Source: a virus (taxonomy: Duplodnaviria > Caudoviricetes). From it: DNA of 64,000 nucleotides. The translations under genes were made by a program, and so were the position numbers. Positions 58,558-64,000 of the stretch are shown here, in pieces (within the stretch, counting starts at the first letter, position 1; every line of letters starts with the position of its first letter). A model generated the notes under the pieces. The model had not been told where the DNA came from and did not search any database. It saw only the letters and a program-made list of their open reading frames with translations. The stretch is taken from positions 107,959 through 171,958 of IMG/VR virus record IMGVR_UViG_3300031994_000011. One strand, 5' to 3'.

Positions 58558-58746
58558 ATGATTGAGTCAATAGGCAATCAAATAATAGGTTATCAAGTAA
58601 TAGGCAGAAAATTCGGCCCAACTATTACAATTTGGAAAACTAAACAGCAGGCAGAAGAATATCTAAAAACTTTAGAAGAACATCTAAAAACTTTAGAATT
58701 TTTTGAGGATAACTGGAGAATTATTGAAGTTATTATTAAAAATTGA
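58558..58746 (+). CDS. Small protein, 62 aa
   Basis: SD; contains a tandem duplication atctaaaaactttagaa. Confidence 0.6.
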   Translation: MIESIGNQIIGYQVIGRKFGPTITIWKTKQQAEEYLKTLEEHLKTLEFFEDNWRIIEVIIKN

Positions 58747-58760
58747 AAGGATATGATAAA

Positions 58761-58973
58761 ATGAGTTCCATCAATGCCACCACCGCTTATCCTCTGTGCC
58801 CCTATTGTGATATTAAAGTTGAAGATATTGATACTCCATACTATGAACTTACTGATGAAAAAGCCATTTTTCAGCGCGTTGGAACGTGCCCTCATTGTAA
58901 ATGCTCTTTTGAATGGACCGAAGTCTATAAATGGGATGCCAAGTTCTACGACCTTAAAGAAATAGACAATTGA
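58761..58973 (+). CDS. Zn-ribbon microprotein, 70 aa
   Basis: CPYC...CPHC; SD GAAAGGA. Confidence 0.65.
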   Translation: MSSINATTAYPLCPYCDIKVEDIDTPYYELTDEKAIFQRVGTCPHCKCSFEWTEVYKWDAKFYDLKEIDN

Positions 58974-59114
58974 GGCGCAAGCCTCCTAATTGGATGTATT
59001 ACATCCAAAATATCATACGGGTGGCAAAAATTTCCAGTTGACAATTGATTCACTTTATGCTATACTCTATACATAAAGTGAAGGAAAACACTCCAAACCA
59101 GAAAGGGATTTAAA

Positions 59115-59873
59115 ATGGTGTACTGCATGATTTTCGACACCGAGACCACTGGACTGGACAAGCCGTTTTGCTATGACGTGGGCTATACTATCTACGATAT
59201 GGATAACCGCGTATCCGTTAAAGAAATGCACTATATCGTAGAACAGAACTGGCACAACCTGCCCCTGTTTGAGTCCGCTTACTATAAAGACAAGCGTCCT
59301 CTGTACGTTCAGCTTATGCGTGCCCGCAAGGCGACAATGGAAAAGTATGGATATATCATGCAGGCAATGATTCGTGATATTAAAACATACGACATAAAAG
59401 ACGCCTATGCTTACAATTCTGACTTTGATGAAAAAGTGTTTAATTTTAATTGTGACTGGTTCAAGTGTATCAATCCTTTTGATAATGTCGCAATTCACGA
59501 TATTTGGGGCTATGCTTCTGAATTTATCTTTTCTCCTGATTACTTTGACTTTTGTGAGCAGAACAGCCGTTTTACTGATACTGGAAATTATAAAGGCAGC
59601 GCCGAGGTTGTGTATCAGTATCTGACCGAAAATCCCGATTTTGTAGAACAGCATATGGGACTTTATGACGGAGAGATTGAAACTGAAATTTTGGCGGCCT
59701 GTATCGAAAAAGGTGCGGAATGGGGAATGGATTATAAAGTAAAAAAGATTCTGCCCCGTAAAGTCAAAAAGCCTTTTGTGGTCAAGATTAACGGCAAAAA
59801 AGTATATGAAGGGAATTATGTAAAGAAGTATGTTCGGAATGATTCCTACAGCTTCGCGACCGAAGAGGGCTAA
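59115..59873 (+). CDS. DEDDh 3'-5' exonuclease, 252 aa (paralogue of 51490)
   Basis: IFDTETTG, AYNSDFD and HMGLYD motifs; SAYY..KRPLY shared with 51490. Confidence 0.85.
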   Translation: MVYCMIFDTETTGLDKPFCYDVGYTIYDMDNRVSVKEMHYIVEQNWHNLPLFESAYYKDKRPLYVQLMRARKATMEKYGYIMQAMIRDIKTYDIKDAYAYNSDFDEKVFNFNCDWFKCINPFDNVAIHDIWGYASEFIFSPDYFDFCEQNSRFTDTGNYKGSAEVVYQYLTENPDFVEQHMGLYDGEIETEILAACIEKGAEWGMDYKVKKILPRKVKKPFVVKINGKKVYEGNYVKKYVRNDSYSFATEEG

Positions 59874-59931
59874 CGCCCTCTTTTTAGTTTGGATGTATTA
59901 CATCCAATTTTTCTATACAAAAAAAGAGGGC

Positions 59932-60270
59932 TTACGCCCTCTTCTGGTATTCATTTACTTTTCCCTCGGTCTTAATCACTTCATCGCCCCAGTATTCCCG
60001 CATAGCGTACTGAAGTTTAGACTTCGTGAAACCTTCGGGCATTTCGTCCTTCACGGCCTCCCAAATATCAGCAATCGTCATCGGCCTATCGGACAGCTTG
60101 GTGAACACCACATCATGCGCAGTAGCATACAGGGTACGATTCGCCGCCGCCTTATCCTCGCCCTTCTTGAGTTCAGCTTTCAGTTCATCGACAGCATCAG
60201 CGACATCAGAGGGCAGACCATTCTGGAACGCGAAGTAGTTAACGAGAGACTTCATAGAGGACTTCTTCAT
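59932..60270 (-). CDS. Putative winged-helix protein, 112 aa (family B)
   Basis: ANRTLYATAHDVV...EMPEGFTKSKLQYAMREYW. Confidence 0.75.
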   Translation of the reverse strand: MKKSSMKSLVNYFAFQNGLPSDVADAVDELKAELKKGEDKAAANRTLYATAHDVVFTKLSDRPMTIADIWEAVKDEMPEGFTKSKLQYAMREYWGDEVIKTEGKVNEYQKRA

Positions 60271-60373
60271 ATTAAATACCTTTCTGGTTTTTAGGACTTT
60301 TCCTTGTCCTTTGTGTATTTATTCTACCACACTTTGTGGGAGAAGTCAAGAGGTTTTGAAAAATTTTTTTTTG

Positions 60374-60688
60374 AAAGATTCGGAAGGTCTAACGGTCCCT
60401 ATTACATCATCCTCGCCACAAGGAGCAACCGAATCTTTTAGTTTCAAGAGAGACGGTGGGAGAATAAGAAGTTCCGTTTCTTGCCTATATTTTACTTCCA
60501 GTTAGCCACGGAAAAACCTATCGGAAGGGTTATGGCGCCGAGAGGGATTTTCCTTTCCTCTCTCAACTTTTGTTTCAAGGGAGATGGTGGGGGACTTTCA
60601 CTCCGCTTCCAACTTGCGCACGTTGGGTCACATACCGTCCAAAAAATTGTAGCTCTCAACTTTCTGGTCTGCTCTCTCCCTTAGAACA
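60374..60688 (-). ncRNA. Putative multi-module structured ncRNA
   Basis: Promoter at 60722-60694 and no credible ORF. Two repeated units AAAGTTGAGAG...CCCACC(A/G)TCTC(C/T)CTTGAAAC and an AAGATTCGG/CCGAATCTT stem. Confidence 0.45.
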
Positions 60689-60834
60689 ATATTATAATAT
60701 CATAGATTTAAGGAAAAGTCAATTATCCTTATTGGATGTAATACATCCATTTTTAAATTAAAAAAGGGTTGACTATTATCAAATTTTCTGTTATACTATT
60801 CATGTAAAGAAACTCATTACAATTTGGGAGGAGA

Positions 60835-61047
60835 ATGAAAATGATTAGCTTCCGCGAGTATGTTGAAAGTAAAATGAACATTGAAATGCCTAAAGGCAGC
60901 ATTCCCGGTTCTTGGTTTAGTGAACATAACTTACCAATGATTGTTCAATGCTCTTGTTGTACTATGACAATGGCGGCGCCCTCTGCTTGGATTGATGAAG
61001 AAGGATATACTTATTGCAGTTGTTGCGCAGAGATTGACAAAGAGTAA
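60835..61047 (+). CDS. Zn-binding microprotein, 70 aa
   Basis: CSCC...CSCC. Confidence 0.7.
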   Translation: MKMISFREYVESKMNIEMPKGSIPGSWFSEHNLPMIVQCSCCTMTMAAPSAWIDEEGYTYCSCCAEIDKE

Positions 61048-61175
61048 AGCAATCCCGGGCAACCGGGCTTTAGGATGTAATACATCCAAAAACCATACTT
61101 GCATTTTTTATAATCTTATGATATACTCTATATGAAAAGTGAAGGAAAACACTAAAACACCAGAAAGGAACGAAA

Positions 61176-61463
61176 ATGTTCGGATGCCACTACACCCACA
61201 AGTTTATTGAAACTTCTAAAGGTATTCTTCTTATTGATGTTGCTGACACTGGTTATACTGGCTGGGAAGGTGCTTTTGCAGAAGTTGACCTTGACTCTTT
61301 TGCAGAACAGTGGGGCGATAATAATTATACTTTTGAAGATGTTGTAAAATATGCCGAAGATTTTGATTGCATTTCAGATTGGGAAATTGTAAGCAACGGG
61401 CATAGGAATCCCGAAGTAGCAGAACGCAATGTATACCGGGCAATTAAAGGACTCACCACCTAA
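61176..61463 (+). CDS. Acidic early protein, 95 aa
   Basis: Promoter, leader and terminator. Confidence 0.7.
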   Translation: MFGCHYTHKFIETSKGILLIDVADTGYTGWEGAFAEVDLDSFAEQWGDNNYTFEDVVKYAEDFDCISDWEIVSNGHRNPEVAERNVYRAIKGLTT

Positions 61464-61582
61464 GCTCTTCGGGGCTATTGGATGTAATACATCCAGTATT
61501 TACTATTGACATTCTATCTCTTTTATACTATAATAATACCATCAGATGAAGGAAAACATCTTAAACCAGAAAGGTCATTAAA

Positions 61583-61864
61583 ATGGCAAATCTGTCTGAA
61601 ATCATTGCAGAACTTAATAATCTTAAGCGTGAAGAAACTCTCTGCTCTAAAGTACAGGGCCGCAGGAATTGGGTTATCAGGACGGAATTTATTAACAATA
61701 AAATGTATGTTAGGTATGCGGGTTCCTTCGGTGGCGCGGACAGATTCGGCTACCTTACTGAAAGTCTCCAGTATATGGCAGAACATCATGTCAGGTGGTA
61801 TGTATTTACATATAAAAAAGACTATACAGAAACACTTAATAAACTTAATCCCCTCCGCCTTTAA
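61583..61864 (+). CDS. Early protein, 93 aa
   Basis: Promoter, leader and terminator. Confidence 0.7.
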   Translation: MANLSEIIAELNNLKREETLCSKVQGRRNWVIRTEFINNKMYVRYAGSFGGADRFGYLTESLQYMAEHHVRWYVFTYKKDYTETLNKLNPLRL

Positions 61865-62164
61865 TGGCGGTCAGGGCATTGGATGTAATACATCCAAATT
61901 CTGAAACGAAAAATTACTTGACTTTCATTAAAATTTCTGCTATACTATATATGTCAAGAGGAACTGACGACCATTCCCAAGAAATCTTGGGCGGGCTTGC
62001 AAGAAAGACGCGGGTTAGCGGCGCAGAAGATTGGCTAACAAGAAGAGGACAGAAAATTTTTTGAAAAACTTTTCAAAAACCTCTTGACAATTCCCTCCTA
62101 CTATGATATAATAAAGCTATCAAGAGAAGGAAAACTCTTAAAAAACCAGAAAGGGCTAAAGTGT

Positions 62165-62527
62165 ATGGCTACTATTTCTAAATCTGTTGTTGATTCTGAC
62201 CTCCGCGCCCGTGTGTTCGCCGATATGTTCACTTCACTGGAAAAAGCAGAGCTTTCCGAAGGAACGTATCAGAAAATCAATGACCGCCAGTTTGGTGTGA
62301 TTCTGACCGATAAGAATGGTACCGAACGCTATGTCCGCATTGGCGTCATTGTCGCCGAGGAGCGCGAGGATATGACCGCGCGGGAACTGATGGAATCTGA
62401 AATTCGGGCCTATAACGAAAAGCAGGCGGCAAAGGCCGAAAAGGCCGCCAAACGTGCGGAAAAGGCGGCCAAGGATAAGGCCAAGCGCGAGAAGGAAGAA
62501 ACCAACAGCGATAGCCCCGACCAGTAA
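62165..62527 (+). CDS. Early protein, 120 aa (family C)
   Basis: TDKNGTERYVRIGV...KAEKAAKRAEK. Confidence 0.75.
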   Translation: MATISKSVVDSDLRARVFADMFTSLEKAELSEGTYQKINDRQFGVILTDKNGTERYVRIGVIVAEEREDMTARELMESEIRAYNEKQAAKAEKAAKRAEKAAKDKAKREKEETNSDSPDQ

Positions 62528-62684
62528 CCTTAATAAGGGAATTGTGGTGCAAACCGCAATTTCTTTTTTCTCAAGAAATTGGATGTATTACATCCAAATT
62601 CATCTCTTGCTTTTTCTAAAAACTTATGCTATACTATACTCACAGAAGTGAAGGAAAACACTTAAAACCAGAAAGGATTTTAAG

Positions 62685-62906
62685 ATGAAAAGAACTAAAC
62701 ATAAAATGACAAAATATCACATAACAATTAAACGTGCCCAACAGTATTTTCTTATTTACTATCGTGAAATATTCGGAGAATGGCCTTATTATAACGACAC
62801 CCCTTATCCTATTCTATTGAGAGCACATAAAAATTATAATCGTGCTGTTAATAATCCAAATTCATTATATAATAAAGTAAATCATCCCAATAAGCAACAA
62901 AAATAA
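62685..62906 (+). CDS. Basic early protein, 73 aa
   Basis: Promoter and leader. Confidence 0.6.
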   Translation: MKRTKHKMTKYHITIKRAQQYFLIYYREIFGEWPYYNDTPYPILLRAHKNYNRAVNNPNSLYNKVNHPNKQQK

Positions 62907-63003
62907 AAACTGTTAAATTAAATTTTTTATTGCTTTTTTCACAATCTATTTATAATATAACCATAAGTGAAGGAAACACTTAAAAACCGAAAGGATAAAA
63001 TCT

Positions 63004-63363
63004 ATGAAAATTATTACCACCTACGTTGCTTTTGATGATGAAGAGTTCAGCACCATGGAAGCGTGTCAGGCATACGAAAATTTTCATGTAGGATTGATGA
63101 TTGAAGCCGAAGATTGCTTTTCTTTCTTCGATGTCGGAATGCGTCAAATCTCACTTGACTATTCACACAATATTGAAGAAATGCTTGATGCTTTTGTTCG
63201 GGCATACGATGAGTGTTATTATATCATCGTAAAGAAAAATCCTTCTGATAATCTCAAAAGATTTATCAAAGACTATGAAGGACTCATACTGCCCGTTCAA
63301 AAAGGCTTTTGGCACTATAACAGCACTACCAGCGAATGGGAAAGAGTTACTGAAGACGCGTAA
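63004..63363 (+). CDS. Early protein, 119 aa
   Basis: YVAFDDEEFSTMEACQAYE N-terminus. Confidence 0.75.
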   Translation: MKIITTYVAFDDEEFSTMEACQAYENFHVGLMIEAEDCFSFFDVGMRQISLDYSHNIEEMLDAFVRAYDECYYIIVKKNPSDNLKRFIKDYEGLILPVQKGFWHYNSTTSEWERVTEDA

Positions 63364-63478
63364 GCGTCTTCTTTGGATGTAATACATCCATTTTCCCTCT
63401 TGACCTTTTAAAAATTTTATGATATACTCTCTTTGTAAGAAGTGAAGGAAACACTCAAAAAACCAGAAAGGCGTTATT

Positions 63479-63829
63479 ATGAAAATTACTCGCGTACTAA
63501 CTTACAACATTAGCGAAGATTATGTTCGTGATTTCTTTGACAATTGCTGGTGGGAAGATAAAACCGAACCCGATGAAATTGATTATGATTTTTTCATTGA
63601 CGGCCTCAGGGAAGAAGGCTATGACAACGAAGAAATTCTCCCCGATCAGGGCACTAAAGAAAAAATAATGCAAATTTGGCAAGAAGAATGTGATAAATAT
63701 CATAGAGAATTGGAAAACCCAACAGCAATAAAAGAGCAGATTGCTGAAGAACTTCAGCACTATAGAAGTGAAATGGAATATTATAAAAATAAGGTTGCTC
63801 AACTTGAAAAACAGTTGAAAGACGCGTAA
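63479..63829 (+). CDS. Acidic early protein, 116 aa, C-terminal coiled coil
   Basis: Promoter, leader and terminator. Confidence 0.75.
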   Translation: MKITRVLTYNISEDYVRDFFDNCWWEDKTEPDEIDYDFFIDGLREEGYDNEEILPDQGTKEKIMQIWQEECDKYHRELENPTAIKEQIAEELQHYRSEMEYYKNKVAQLEKQLKDA

Positions 63830-64000
63830 GCGTCTTTTTCTTTTTTGGATGTATTACATCCAAATAGCGCGCTTCCGCGCATTAGGAATGAAACAAGCGC
63901 AACTTTCCATTGATGCGCGGCGGAGCATCCTTTTTTACAACAGGATGATATTCCCACCATTCGGAACCGTCATATTCCTGACGATCGTAATAACTACCGT

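Larger units (their letters stand above)
44934..63863. repeat. Dispersed 19-bp palindrome TTGGATGTA(A/T)TACATCCAA, 37 copies
   Basis: Starts at 44934, 45437, 45753, 46103, 46487, 46824, 47071, 47390, 47804, 48125, 48483, 48892, 49163, 49458, 49821, 50064, 50495, 50806, 51376, 52500, 52813, 53421, 53922, 54263, 54792, 55149, 56488, 57666, 58990, 59889, 60732, 61071, 61478, 61879, 62579, 63373 and 63845 (a few have one mismatch). Confidence 0.95.

Noticed and set aside
44934-63863. CRISPR array made of the 19-bp repeat
   Set aside because: Spacing is irregular (about 240-1,340 bp), the intervals are whole genes, and no cas genes are present.
44868-63863. Minus-strand and alternative-frame ORFs in the early region (e.g. 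44868-45515, 47120-47803, 50120-50938, 55984-56502) and ORFs starting MDV(I/L)HP or MYYIQ
   Set aside because: They are shadows of real genes or start at the ATG inside the palindrome. They cross promoters and terminators and lack SD sites.
44934-63863. Classical integron (attC cassettes)
   Set aside because: No integrase is in the window, there is no attC R/L box structure, and the cassettes carry their own promoters.

Overview
This window is part of a large tailed dsDNA phage, probably a siphovirus, since no sheath gene is visible. The host is probably a Bacillota (Firmicutes) species, judged from sigmaA promoters, CIRCE boxes and strong SD sites. It has two divergent halves. (1) 1-43466, minus strand, AT-rich: a virion morphogenesis operon (terminase, portal, protease/scaffold, decoration protein, major capsid, neck, tail tube, a ~6,244-aa tape measure, Dit, tail tip). 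It looks shattered in the supplied ORF track because TAG is used as a sense codon. The TAG positions fall on glutamate sites, including the catalytic Walker B Glu position of the terminase, so the recoding appears to be TAG->Glu rather than the TAG->Gln (code 15) usually reported for phages. Two group I introns interrupt terL and the tail tube gene, and one encodes an HNH endonuclease. (2) ~43.7-64 kb: a TAG-free early/host-takeover region of about 45 small genes in modular cassettes. The typical cassette has a 19-bp palindrome TTGGATGTA(A/T)TACATCCAA (37 copies, helically phased to the -35 box), a sigmaA promoter, often a covarying AAGGA-loop leader hairpin, an ORF and a terminator. Several putative ncRNAs sit among these cassettes. 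At the junction of the halves is a cluster of host-type operators: 2 perfect CIRCE, 3 LacI-like palindromes and WalR-like boxes. All translations were done by eye and homologue residues are recalled, not searched. In quoted protein sequence, * marks a TAG codon unless it is stated to be a stop.
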